Shown here: one piece after another, positions 24,987 to 40,528 of the stretch
How positions within the stretch are numbered: position 1 is the stretch's first letter
Layout of the letters: each line of letters opens with the position of its first letter
NCBI GenBank assembly: GCA_012295275.1
Contig: CM022673.1
Coordinates: 30,070,001 to 30,134,000 of the forward strand
Source of the DNA: Chrysomallon squamiferum
Lineage: Eukaryota; Animalia; Mollusca
Direction: 5' to 3'
Length of the DNA stretch: 64,000 nt
The notes under the pieces: model-generated
Database searches by the model: none
What the model saw: the letters and a program-made list of their open reading frames with translations, nothing else
Told to the model about the DNA's origin: nothing
Made by a program: the position numbers and the translations under genes

Positions 24987-26924
24987 GGTCTCTTATCAAA
25001 GCACAGCCTCGAAATACATTATTTATTATAGGTAAAAGGACAAATAAAATTTGAATTAGGCTTATAAACTGATTTTTTTAGATGTTTATTAAAATGTCAA
25101 ATGATAATAAAATATAGAGCATGTTAGTACATCTACTTTAAGAAGACATTAAGGTTTATATTCAGCTTTCTTTTCGCCTTCTGCTTAAATGATCCCCGCC
25201 GATTAACACAGTTAACCCCCAAACATCCCTGAAAATAAAATAAAAAAGTTCTTTCTAATTGGCCAGCAACATAATCGTTAGTAAAATTTATTTCCACGAA
25301 TAATGTAAGTAGATCATTTGTGTCAATGAATAAAAAGAACATTGAAAATAAGAGTTATTAATTTGATACTTGATAAGAAGACGATTGCATAATCTTGCAG
25401 TAGATTGATTAAGAAATAGTTCAGTCATTTAGTAACACTAGCAGAGACAGATATCTGAAGTTTTTGTTTTCGAAACAACAAATTAAAATTATAGTTAAGT
25501 AGAGACAGAACTTATTAATATGTGTTTTTATGTTAAAATATAAGCTAAATATAGAAAAATTTGTTTGTGGAGATGGGAATCCAAATATACTTTCATTAGT
25601 TTGTTACCGATTCGTACAAGAAAGCAGAAATGTATTTCATATATCCAGTATATCTATCTGTCTATCTGTCTCTTTGTCTTTCTGTCTATCTCTATTCATT
25701 ATTTTAGTCAGCAAACTGCAGGGATTAAACATCTATGTATTTAACTTTTATGAACACATTTTAGCTTCACCTTAATGAGCTTCCTCCTACTCATCATCAT
25801 TATCACCATTATGATGATGAAATGAAGGATACTGCACTTGATGATGATGATGATGATGATGATCGTCAGTAATAACATTACCTCTTTATTGTTAGCAATA
25901 CAAAATCAAATGAAGTTTGTTTTATCGATTAATATAATTATTTCACGTTTACAAGCTGGAGGCTTGTTGATAAATGGAGGATGTTATCAAATCCCATTAA
26001 AAAGCACAAAACAAAAAAGTCCCCCAGATGTAAGATTAATTTTTTATATTTCATGATGATGCTGAAGATAATAAATCGACACACATAAATCTCGACCGCA
26101 GTCTGGTGTACATTTTCCTTCGAAACCAAGTGTCAGAAGACATCTAGTTGTTTGTTTATTCCTCTTTCTTTTCTCTTGTTTCTTTTTCTTTCTTTCTTTC
26201 GTATATCTTTCTTAAAACTTCCATTCCTTTTCTCCTTCCTTTGACGTCGTTCCGTACGCTAATATCATTTAAATAGTAAATAAGCAAAGAACTGACGAAA
26301 AAAATTAATATTCATTTGGTTACACTCTTCTTTCATCATGTTCTAAAAATTATCGTTTCATATTCTTCTTGTTCTTTGCTATTTTGCTTCCTATTCTTTC
26401 TTCTTCTCATCATCATCTTTAATGTTTTTAATATTTCTGTTTCTTCACGTAATAACTTATTTTATTATTAGTTAAGACTGGTACATTTTTATGACCTATA
26501 CGTTTCCTCGGTCCTGAGAAATATAAACTAATCTTTCTTTTATTAGTATAATTTTCTCATTTACTACTTTAATTATAAACAAAATAAAACTATTGTTGAT
26601 AAATAGGGGCATACATATATATAAACTCAGTTTTGAATTACGAATTAAAATTATATATCTCTTAACACTAACTTTGGTATTGAAACATCTGAAATGTTTT
26701 GGTTAATTAAGATTCGAATTAATTTCAGTCCTTCAGTCTTATTTAATTATTATTACTATTTTTTAATATAATTAAAGTCTAAGAATGAACGTTTGTTATT
26801 AAAAACAAATTTAATACAAAAACATAAGCACAGGAATATATGTTATTGTTTGTTTTGTTCCTATCAACAACCTTTATTAATAATGAAGTAAGAAAATTAA
26901 ATTGTAATCTTCAATGACTAATGG

Positions 26925-26926
<2 letters not shown>

Positions 26927-26984
<58 letters not shown>

Positions 26985-27002
26985 AACTATTTATTGATTA
27001 CA

Positions 27003-27051
<49 letters not shown>
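26927..27051. repeat. (CA)n followed by (TAT)n microsatellites
   Basis: Direct reading. Confidence 0.93.
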
Positions 27052-27053
<2 letters not shown>

Positions 27054-30000
27054 TCTTTGTACGAAGTGACATCACAAGAGAAATATCATCCTCTTTGAAT
27101 CGCGGTGCATTCTTTATTTTATTATTATTAGTTCTTGTTAACATAGACTGGTGTCTAGCTACAAATAGAACAATCACTTGGAGGTAGACACAAAATATAT
27201 TTATTCTATGATTAAATACAACCAGAGTTACACTTTCAAAATATTCAATTTCAACAAAACCCTTTGAACATTATCTTTCAGTCAAACAAATACCTTAGGA
27301 AAAGAAATTTCTCGCTCTTGCGAATGAACGTGTTTCGTGTGAATTCCTGCCTACTGATCTATATTTATGTTCATGACCGATTTCAGTGCATGAACAGTTA
27401 GTGTTTAGTAATCCTCCAAGAGTTCCGCTGACGGCTGAAAATAACTGGGATGTGAAGCTTTACAAATCGACTTCAACTGACGTAGTTCGGTTACATTGTA
27501 TCTTGACGATTTAATACTTTTAACATACTCGGTCTGAAAGCGCAGCGTTTAAACGTTCAATAATAAGTTTCGGATTTTGCTGATCGACTCCCCATAGTAG
27601 CTTTTATCCTAATTTAACTTAGGAGTTGTAAGATTGCTGGCCTTCTATTTTCTCTGTTTTATTCTGTACAACATGCTAGCGTTATATTTGGCAGACAACC
27701 TAATTTTAGGAATTGTTTGCCCATGATATATTCATAACTAATTTAAAGGATTGTTTAAAATGCTGAATACTGTACTGGTGTCTTTTAGAAAATCGTTTAG
27801 TGAAGTATTTTTTGTTCTACTATATAAACTCAGTAATCTGAGCATTTCGTGTGTCGATAAAAATATGAATGAAAATAATTTAAAACAATAAAGCTGAATG
27901 ATCTTGCGAAAAAGTGCGTTTTCTTTTCGAAACGACAAATATATTTTCACGAAATAAAACACTTTAGTAAACTGTAATTCTAGATTTAAAGAGGACTTCA
28001 ACAAGTGTGTGTGTGTTTTTTAAAATTAAAGAATCTGATTTAAAAATTAAAGTATGATTCTGAATCTATGATAAGTTCATGTTGAGATTTACTAGCTGTA
28101 AAACAAGACACATTACAGTTATCAGAAGACTGCACTTGGCCATTTCCAATAACATTAACAGTGGAAGCCTAGATACAACAGACTTAGAGTCTCCGAGTAT
28201 GAGAGGCGCTTGTGATGGACAAACCTTCCATGAGAGCCATTTATTTAAGAGAGAAAAACAAAAATCCGCTGCCTTTTCGCAACCCTCATTCATTCTTGCT
28301 TGAATGAATAAATGGTTATTAAAATTTTGACATCAAGAAATTTTCATATGCAATCAAGACATACCTCGGGCTTTGAGAAGCAATAAACTCGGTTAACTAT
28401 TTGTGATCGGAGTTAACCGAGGATAATGTTACCAATCTAATGCTAGTCTTATATTTCTTCATCATCATCATCTTCTTATTTTTATTATTGCTATTAAACT
28501 ATACTTTTTTGTAACTAATTATTCTTCATAGTGATCTGATACACTAATTACCTAAAGATTTGTTGCCCTCACACAAAAATCTTCTTGTTTGTTACATAAA
28601 TAAGCGTAGAAGAAAGTTCACGTCATTCTAAATTAACTATCCAGTAAATCTGATTTCAAGTGCATGTCGTTCTTTTAAACTTCTTCAGAGTTCTTTTTAA
28701 ACACGAATGGTTTCAAATTATTTTATTCGGTCGATATTAACGAATAAGGCTATTTTAAATGAATTACAATTTGTTATGATGTAGCTGTGCGTTATTTTTA
28801 TTTTTTTAGAGTGAAAGAATAGCGCAGTTCTTTCCTGTATATAATTTATTTAATACAAATGTTTTTTTGTTTTTTTCTTCAAGTTACACTTGTTACTAGT
28901 GCATTAAGGTTCCTATATCCTACTGGTGGTTCATATTGGCACGTACTGCCTTTGTTTTTCAAGAGTTTTTTGGCTTTAAGCAATTTCAATTTTACCCAAC
29001 ATTTAGAAAACAACTGTCAGTGGAATTTAGCTTGATGCAATATTGTTTATCACATTAATGATCTGAAGTTTGAAATTAACCCGCGGGCCATCTATCAGCA
29101 ATTATACCGCATTCGTAATCTGAACATGACTGTCCTGTTTACGTCCAGGACAACTCATTATGCCACCAGAGTCAAAGCTTAGCTACAGGCTCATTGTTAA
29201 AAGGCGAGACTTTGCCTTTCGGACATGCATTACTTTTATAAGATGTTTAGGAAATTTTTTGTTTAAAACAGAATGTCATAACTTAATCTAAGAGAGATGT
29301 GAAGAAAAGAAAGTGATATTTTTTTTCAGATTAACTGTTGAAGTAACATCATCATGATCATCATACTCATCATAACCATTATCATCATTTTCACAATCAT
29401 CAAATTCTTTTCCGTATTTCGATCACTGTAAACATCATTTCTATTACCATACTTTTCATCATCATTTTGTAATCATTATAGTTATTAACAAAAAAATGTT
29501 TGTTAGATAGGTTGCTATTAGTTACTTATTCATTTAAATACTTGTGCAAATGGATGAAAGAATGAAAAAAAAAAAAAAAAAAAAAAGAAAGAAAGATAAT
29601 AAATAAATAAATAAATGAAATAAACGTGGAAAATTAAAAACAAAAAAGTAAATTAGAAAAAAGAATTTCTGATGCTTAGAAAAAAAGAATGTTCAATGAA
29701 CAATAAATCAATATTTTTCGTAAATCTTTTTTTCTCTTTTAATTCAATATTTTCGTTACTGGAAATATCCATTCTTTTCTTTATTTAATTTCAATAATAA
29801 AGCAAGAAGCATATAAATAACATGCAATTCAACACCTTAATACAGCAGTATTCGTACTTAGAAGCAGTTTTCAGGGTTAAATTTGAATTAAATTAGAAGA
29901 AAACCTAAATGAAGATAAACTATTTTCATTTAAATGCTGCGATTTAGTCATCAAAGATCGGTATAAGACCATCAGTGAATTTCATCATGAACTAAAATCA

Positions 30001-31776
30001 TTTTCTTAAAAGACAACGTAACTGGAATACAGTGATGTGAATGTTTTTGTTTTGATCATCGATTTAGTTGTGATCTTCATCAGAGTTCTTTAATCATGTT
30101 TTATATCATCATTCATCAACGTCTTCTTCATCATCACCATCGTCAGCAACAGCATCGCCATTATCATTTCCTTCTTTTTCTTTTGTTCATAATTTTTCAA
30201 CATTATCTTCATTATCTTCATCATCATCATGATGAACTTAAGTCTCATCATTATCGTCACTTTTTTTAATATTGTTTTTATTTGTCACATATCCCCTTCC
30301 TCAGCATCAATTTCATTTAATTTATGTAAATCAATCTTGTATACACAAATTTAATTTGTCTTTAACTGAATTTTAACACTGACCAGATATTCTATAACAG
30401 TCAATTAACTGTGAAGATTGTTCTAAATCAACATCAGTTTGATGGAAAGAGGACACTATTGACAAATATTTATCACTTTTTGTTTTGTTTATCGATTTAT
30501 TTAAAGTTATGGCTATGATTGTTTTTATTTTACGTTTTATATTTCTTAAATAATATCAGTACGAAGGCTAAATGATTTTTTAATCAAAGCTATCTATATC
30601 CCTAATTAATTATGTTTTAATTCTTGCATTAATTTTCTACTTTGGCAGGTTAATTAATTCATTAATTAATTTATTAAACATTTATATACTAGGGTGCACA
30701 TTATCATTTTAATCAGATTTATTTATCAAATATATAATAAAAATGCTGATTGTAAGTATTACTCATTTACAGTGACATCAACAGTCATACTGTATTTTAT
30801 AATCAAAAGACTAAAAATAAATACTTTTATGTTAATATCATAATTACGTGACAATCAAAACACTGGCTTCATAATTGAGAATGGATAGAGATTGTATCCA
30901 CCTCCAAGAAGGTAAATGTCTTAACATTTACTGTTAATGGAGTTCTACAAGTACTTTATTTATTTTTATCAGACTTCCTTAGTAACAACCTTGTTTTGAT
31001 ACAACATCTGAACAAATTTTATTTGAATGATATTTATATATATAAAACTTCTTGCATTATCATTTTTTAAAGTTGTTTTTGTTTTGTCTTTTTAAAAAAA
31101 AACAAGCTTTCGGATAATATATTACTATCTATTAAGTTTTAAAAAACAACAACAACAAAAAATAAAAATGTTGCGGTAAAAGATTACCATATATTTTGTT
31201 AGCTAATAAACTTCACTGACAATACCTCTTGACATGTAATTCAAGATTCATTTCTACTTGACAAATAACTAGGACGTCAAGTTCTCAGTTTATTTTTTTC
31301 TGATTGCAGAACGTGATGGTTGTCGATCAGGCCGGTTTTCTTCGTACTGAAACTTGTTCTTTTTGTGAATGGCTTTTTGTACGTGATTAGAAAATACAAG
31401 TTGTTTGCAGGGAGTTGAGTTACGTAGTTCGTAATACGGAAATTCATGATGGAGATGAGAAAGTTCACGTTCGTAATAATGTAATTAATTCGCAAAAGCT
31501 CAGAGATTACTAAAGAGAAATTCGGTTGTGTTTTATGTTGTCTGCTAACACAGAGCATTGAACTTTAAAGTTATTTATTACTGACAATAATGCTAACATG
31601 TATTTCTCCATAAGTAATCAATAAAACACTGAGCTGATATGAACTGTAATAGTCTCTGGATCAGACTGGTTCAGTGCGCTTTAGACAGTTCTCACCATTA
31701 TAACAATATTATTAATAACAACAAGAACAACATAGAAATAATAACAATAATAGCAGTTATAATAGTAGTTGCTATC

Positions 31777-31842
<66 letters not shown>

Positions 31843-31893
31843 GTAGTAGTAGTAGTAGTAGTAATAACAATAATAATAATAATAATAATAATA
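31777..31893. repeat. (AAT)n/(AGT)n microsatellite
   Basis: Direct reading. Confidence 0.93.
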
Positions 31894-32800
31894 ATCTGTT
31901 TTCAGACTTTGAGGATTAGGTTTATACTATTATTATTGATTTTGTAATTACTCTAACAATACTGCGGTTACTAACACTGTACGCGAGAATTACTACTTGT
32001 TTCTTGTTTTATAAATAATACAGTTTTTGAACAAATTTATCACGGTCTACTAACAAAAAAATTATACTATGAGTACCTTAATAAGTTTTTGCATGTATTG
32101 TATACTTGTCTGTCTTTTGCACAATACAATGACTAAAATTACTGCCACGTTCTATTGACGTGATTTCCTACATTCAACATAATTAAAATTTCGTGCTTGA
32201 ATCGCTCTTAGGATGTACTGTGCTGTTTAATTACTTTTCTGTTACCTAACAGTCTGAGAATGATAGGCCATGCTGCGTTTGCCATTCTCGGCGCTAGCTC
32301 TGTTTATGGCTTTTTGTTGTTGCACAAACTGCATGTATTATTCAACTTGTTATATACGGTAAACCTAATCAGTTTGCCGGGCTAATCTGCAGCAGAAAAT
32401 AAGGAGTCAGAAACAACTGGAGTAATGCTGACAGTGTATTGACTTGATATGATTTTGTATGGTGCAAATTCCATTCCATCTTTATCAAAGACTGTGTCTA
32501 CACGTTTGAGGAAAAACAGGCTATAGGATCAATTCATCTGAGTGCACTCACTGGTCTGTTTACATCTGTTCATCAAAGACCATGGGGTATGTGTTTTCCT
32601 GTTAATTATACCATATAACTGTACATTACAAATGAGTGGAATAAAATATTTATTATGAAAGTAATATTCTACGGTATTAGCTAAGATTTTCATTCAGTAA
32701 TCACTGAAATTTTTGACCTGCATAGTTTTGAGAAGAAACATGCTACCCTTTCCCATTGGTTTTCCTTCCAACCGACATCATAGCATGTGTCACGCAGCAA

Positions 32801-33068
32801 CACTGTGACACTGTGACACTGCGACACTGCGACACTGTGACACTGCGCCACTGCGCCACTGTGACACTGGAACACTGTGACATCGTGACACTGCGACATT
32901 GTGACACTGTGACACTGTGACACTGCGCCACTGCGCCACTGTGACACTGCGACACTGCGACACTGCGACACTGTGCCACTGTGACACTGGAACACTGTGA
33001 CATCGTGACACTGTGACACTGTGACACTGTGACACTGTGACACTGTGACACTGTGACACTGCGACACT
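32801..33068. repeat. 8-bp tandem repeat (CACTGTGA/CACTGCGA/CACTGCGC) with a 120-bp higher-order duplication
   Basis: About 33 units. The marker variants CACTGGAA and CATCGTGA recur exactly 120 bp apart. Confidence 0.95.
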
Positions 33069-33346
33069 GACTTAAACAGAAAGCGACTCGACTGATCACC
33101 CAGAGGAACTGACCCTGCATGCAGACTGAATATTAAATATTAACATTCTCCTCAAAGTTAAGTTCTTCTTCGTCATCATCAACATCTACGTCATTATTGT
33201 CATCGTTATCATCATTATCACCGTAAACATCGTCATCATCATAATTACAATGATCATCATAATTTATGTTTCTTCTTCTCTTGTCCATATCTCGTAATCG
33301 CTGTTTTCTTGTCAGATGTTGGTAATGTCTGATACTAAATTCAGAA

Positions 33347-33347
<1 letters not shown>

Positions 33348-33430
<83 letters not shown>
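33348..33430. repeat. (AAT)n microsatellite
   Basis: Direct reading. Confidence 0.95.
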
Positions 33431-33432
<2 letters not shown>

Positions 33433-33880
33433 TCATATTAATACTAATAAAAATGATAGTAAAACCTTACAATGAAAAACATAATGTTATTAAATCTCTA
33501 TCTGATTATCTTTCAGTTTATTATTTTTAAAAATCTCTTCACAGAAACTCCTACACAGTTGCATTTTTTTCTGTCATAAGAAACAACTTAAAATACAGTT
33601 CGTAAATAAGATATAAAAAACCCAGCAGATGTAAGAAGATACATTATCGATCTCTGTAATGTATGATAAATTAATTATCCAAGATTATGTACAAATACTT
33701 ACATATATTGAATTTCATTTTAATAGCATTCTCAAGCTCAAGGTTTAATTGAAGTTTTGACATCCATAATCCCACAACAAAGTACGAACTTTTATCTGCA
33801 GAAAATAAATTTCAGAATCGTTAATAGAGAAACCGAGGTATTATAATATGTATATAAATACATTTAGATATAAAATACTG

Positions 33881-34009
<129 letters not shown>

Positions 34010-35011
34010 ACAGCAGCAGGGTTAGCAGTACTAGTAGTAGTTATAATAACAAGCAATAGAAAAAAAAACCTACAACAACAGAACAACAACAACAACAGAC
34101 GAAATAAGAAAAGGCAAACACATTTGAAATTCCAATTCTGAAAATATACACAATAACAAATACAAACATTTTATACATGTATACTTTATGTTAAAACAAC
34201 AAAGAACAAACACAGTAACCGGCTTTCATTAAAACAAAGAAAACAACTGAAAATATACGCAATTAATTAGTGGAATTATCTGACATTAAACGGTTAATTG
34301 ACTAATTACCTGACCTGTCCAGAGATTTGAAACATCGTCCTGTCTATTAAGTTAATTTGCTGTGTTGCCATTTCACACTGAAGGTCAGGTAACAAAAGTG
34401 TGTTAGATAATTCACCAATAATAATTTGGTATTTCTTTGACGCTTATCGACATTTGACTTGAAACAAATTATTAATGATGCATCAGTGGTATAATAGCAC
34501 TCAACCTATTTGACTGGTAATATCTTGATTTAGAAAAAGTGAATGCGTGGGCGCAGTTATAAAGTGGTATGTGATAACAAGATAAAGATTATAAAATGGT
34601 ACACACACATACACACACATATATATAGACAAACACATATATACACGTATATATACATACACACACATACATATATAAAAAGGTAGTTTGTCACGTAGAA
34701 ATAGCTGATATTCATTCGTTCAAACCTTGTGTCATATCACCATACACCATCGATATTCATTTGTTATTCTAATTTCTGATAACTTTACCATTCTTCTATG
34801 CTTCTCTTTGCAGCTATATAACTATTCATTAATAATGAAAAGTGTTAATGATAGAGGTAAACCATACTTTTTGTGTGTCATTTTTCACTCCTTGGAACAT
34901 AATAAATGCAGTTTGCTACCTTTCCACGATATATGAATTATCATGGAGCCATTGTAATGATAACAAAAACAATAATTACAATTTCACTAATAGATAATAT
35001 GTAGTAACAAC

Positions 35012-35128
<117 letters not shown>

Positions 35129-35817
35129 ATTATTAATTGTTTCACATACTAAGAGAAAACAAGATATATTGACAGTCCATTAAAATATATGGATTCTATA
35201 TGATTTCAAAGCTATGGTCATCATATTTGTGCCAGAAGCAGACGATCGCTAAAGATAGTACAGTATACTAGATTAATTCACACAGACGCCTTTTCTCTTG
35301 AAAATGTCTTTTGATGAAGGCAATTTTAGTTAAATAATGATGTAGATATCTATTTTATGCATATTTTATGGGCACTGTGATTGCGAATTAACGATTAGGT
35401 GTATTTCTCACGACCAGTAATAAAGATGAACACGGATTCCAAGTTGTCTTATAAAATAGTAAATTTTGTGTCTGCTTGAATCCCAAAGACGTGCTCCTAT
35501 ATACGAATATTTGTATTATACAGAATTTATCGAGAGAATATTTGTTTAATGACATGTCAGTATGTTTTGCTGTTAACAGATAGTGCATGCCAAACTGTCT
35601 TGGTGTGTATATGTGTGGTTCTTTACAAATCTAATGTGAGAAACGTTGCTGTGGCTCTCTCCGGACTATACTTTATGATTAGTTGTATGTTTCTTTTTCA
35701 GTCTCTTCCCATATCAATAAAAGTGAATATCATTGATTTTGACAGACCGCTCATAGGACAGTGTACATAGTTGGCTTAGGAAAGATGAATATCTCATGAA
35801 CATGGGCACATTCAAAA

Positions 35818-35853
35818 TATATGTATGTATGTATGTATGAATATATGTATATA

Positions 35854-35897
<44 letters not shown>

Positions 35898-36050
35898 CGT
35901 ACACACCTATACCTACATACATACATTCACACATACATACATACATACATACATACATACATACATACATACATACATACATACATACATACATACATAC
36001 ATAATACATACATACATACATACATACATACATACATAATACATATATAT
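35818..36050. repeat. Compound (TATG)/(TG)/(TA)/(CATA)n microsatellite
   Basis: Direct reading. Confidence 0.93.
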
Positions 36051-38992
36051 AGGCAATTTCACTTTCTACGGGAATTTCGAAGAGATTCTGCAATATTTAT
36101 AGTTTAACATTTTTATATTAATTCCTCTGACACCTGCCAGGAACATTTAGAATTATGGAATAGATTACTTATAGCTGATATAGGTTTATGCACTCAGAAC
36201 CGAAGGAAACTGCGAAACATCTGGAACAAAATTCCTAGTCGGCAGGAAATGTACAGAAAACATTTATTTTGGATAGTTTCCACGACTGATAAAAATGTAT
36301 ATTTAGATATAAACATCATTGATATCATGCTTTCCTCTCCTTGTACAAACATGCATAAACATTTACAGGCCTATCACTTATATTTACAAGCAAGTGTACT
36401 TACCTTCCTGTGAGTCTGTTTGTCTGTTTGTATATTTGTCTCTCTGTCTGCTTAGGTTTTTGTTTATATATCTATTCGGTCATCAGATGATACAATCAAA
36501 TTTAAGTAGTGACAAAACTGAAACAGCAGTCTATGTTAATATGTAAATAAATAAATGAAGCTCAGAACTTTTAACAAAATAATAGAAAACAAATAGGCCA
36601 AAACAACAACAAAAACCAAAAACAAAACAAAAACGAAAAAATTGAAATGATATACTAAAATAGTCGAATCACACAATCTCTCTCACACACATACACACAA
36701 ACACAAACACACGCACGCACACGCACACGCACAAATTAACTATGTCAGTACTATATGCACACGTTCCTAAAGTTTGTATTATTTTTAAAAGTTCGCTAGT
36801 TATTGCTCAGTCCGGTAGTTATAGTTTCTTTTACTCAGATGAGTCAGGATGAAGTAAATATTTCGGGAGATATTTTACTGATAAATATTACTCTATTTAC
36901 TTCAAAAATAAACCTTCTGCAGAATTCTCAACAGGTTTTTCCAATCCAGATTAAAAATTTGATACAATTCCCCAGAGTCATAATATGAAAACTTTATTTT
37001 CAGTAAACAGACACAAACACACAAAAAATTAACGTTTAGACTATCTGACAGATATTAAAATAAACATTAAGATGACAGTGTAAAAGATTACAAAAATCAA
37101 GTCACCTTTCAAATGTTAAGAAACGTCAAAGAAAACGTGTTTTGCTTCTCAAATATATTGAGAACTGCGACTAATTAAGCCGGTTTTTCTTCCTGAAAAA
37201 ATCTAAAATGTCTTCATTAAAAATAATATTTTTTAAAAGATTATGTTCTCTGCAATTCGAATAATTTAATCTCATTACATAAATCATTAAGCGATTTAAT
37301 AAGTATACCATCTTACACGAGCGCGCGCACTTTCTCACAGAGGTACACAGAGAGATAAACAGACAGGCGAATACACGGATCTGTGTCAGATAAATAAACA
37401 GATAAATAGAAATTCACATTCACAACTAGATGCATACATAGTGCATACAAGCAAACAAATATACATATATAGATATACAAATACAACATACAAACAAACA
37501 CTTACATACATACATACATACACATACGCATACATGCACGCGCATATACGTTTGTCTTCATAGCTGAATGGTGTTGATGAACGCACCCGGAGAGCGAGCG
37601 AATGATTGCATTTGAACATCTGTAGTCTCGGAAACTGACTTCTGTGAGGTTATGACAGGACTTCGAATTTCTGAGCTAGTTGTATTGCCCAAAAATACAG
37701 ATTGTAATCTGACTTAACTTCCTAAATATATACATATGTAAATATTGGGAACATGTACATGACATACACAAACACACAAAAACATACACATTCAGTCAAA
37801 AAAGGGGTTTATCTTATTTATAATTTACTCTTTTATGTTCTTCGTAATACAACAGCCACTAATTTGAAAACTATACAGATATATAAAACGTAAACAAAAA
37901 GGGCTTTCTTATCAATAAATAATGATCAGAAACAAAGATATTTCTCTCGAATGTCATTTCATTTCGTTAGTTAGGATAAGCACAGAAATACTTCAAAGAG
38001 ATTGTATGTCGGTTAATGATGTTTACCGAAGTCTTATTTTTTTGAAGTTGTTTCTGGTATATTTTTTAGACAGAATAATATTGAAGTAATTCTATGAGCA
38101 AATTGTGTACGTTAAAAAAAAATTAAAAAAGAGAGATTTTTATGGCTGAAAATAATGAATAATAATAATAATAATCATATATTATTATTATTATAATTAT
38201 TACAATATAAATATTATTGTTATTGTTGTTGTTGTTGTTATTATTATTATTATTATATTATCATAATTATAATTATTATTATTATTATTATTTTTTAAAA
38301 CGTACAAGAAACTTATTAAGGTCTGATTTTCAGATTTGATTGATACATAATATCAGAGATGACAGAACTTTTAGAGATTGAACTTGGGGATAGAAACGTC
38401 TCACTTCTGTTTTATTAAGTGCACCTACTTGCATCCTTAGATGACTGTATACAAAACGTGTTTTCAGTGATTTATTGTTATTTTCTGTCTTTATTTTCTC
38501 GAATCTAATCACAAAATCTTTATAATCTCAGTAAATCTTCCAACTTACGTCATAACTCGCTGTTTAATCTTCTGATTCGTTTTGGGATCAGTGTTGATCA
38601 ACGATGTTTAGATATTAGAAAAGAAAACGCCATTAGTCTTGTATTATTACTAATTTTAAAAACTGTTTGAAGTTTTAGGCTGAAGAATAATATGATATCC
38701 TCTCGGTGAATTCTAAATTACGGTATTTATTTTTATTTAGTTTTTTTGTTCTTGTTTTTATAAATTTAGTTTTTAAAAGAACTCTTAAAATGCACACAAT
38801 ATTGATATTTCTGTTAATAAAGAGAATGTGAAAGATGTGTTTTATCGTTGACGACTTCTACTTTTATTTTGTCGGCTTGTTTCCTGATTAAATGCTACGG
38901 ATGTTGTTTTCTACGATGTATTGATGTGTTATTTTATCCTTTCTCTTTTTCTATCTATTGCGGATATCGTGTTTTTTTTAAAGTGATATATG

Positions 38993-39118
38993 TATGTATG
39001 AATATATGTATTTAAAAAGTATGTATGAATATATGTATTTAAAAAGTATGTATATGAATATATGTATTTAAAAAGTAAGTATGAATATATGTATTTGAAA
39101 AGAATGTATGAATATATA
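38993..39118. repeat. ~27-bp AT-rich minisatellite, 4-5 copies
   Basis: Unit approximately TATGTATGAATATATGTATTTAAAAAG. Confidence 0.85.
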
Positions 39119-39193
39119 AACATTTTAAAAACTTTAATAAAGAACTTTAGAAAGGAAATAAGAAATAGTGAAAAAAGAAAAGAACCGAGCCAT

Positions 39194-39690
<497 letters not shown>

Positions 39691-40468
39691 AGCTATTTAT
39701 ATATGAGAATGATGTTGATAGTAATAATAATAATAATCATAATGTTGATACTGATTATTATGACAATAGTTATCGCCCACACATCGCATTTTAAATTTAT
39801 CTCATTGGCACTGTATTTAAGGGCTGATCCGTAAAAGAAGGACGAAATCGTTGTGGTTAATATGAATTACAAGTATGTACATATGTATGTATATGTGTGT
39901 GTTTGTTTACGTGTATAAACCAATTAGAAGAAGAAACAATCACGATCGGCAGACAGATCTTATAAAACTTTATTTAAAGTCAGTTTACCTACCATACTAC
40001 TCAAAATTAACTTCAGGAATATTTGCATTTTAAGTTTGTAGAAAAACAAAAATCTCGTGCTCCCACGTCAATGACGTTACTATTTAGGCGCCATTCCCAA
40101 CATAACCCCCGGCTTATCTGGGAACAAAAGACAACGCCACCTTCATTTGTGCATCATTGTCTGATATTTCTGTTTCCGTATAGCTCTCGGATACCCTTGC
40201 AGTGTCAGTGTAACAAAGCATAATTATTGTTGACTCGGCGGAAATTAGCTTTTTCAATGGGTTGAATTTAATTGTCAATGACCATTATGAGACACAAGAA
40301 GACTCGGCTTAAGGCAGTTCGTGAAGCAGTTTGCGTTTCTAGCATCTATAGGATATATTTGTTTATTCAATACTCTAACTAGCTGAATATACGTACCACT
40401 GGCTCATATATAGATGCCGTTTCCGCACAGTCAAATCCATTATTTTATTAAGAATATATATATATGTG

Positions 40469-40528
<60 letters not shown>

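Noticed and set aside
32690-33120. SQCHSVTV-repeat ORFs (metallothionein-like appearance)
   Set aside because: Product of the 8-bp tandem repeat, open in all three minus frames.
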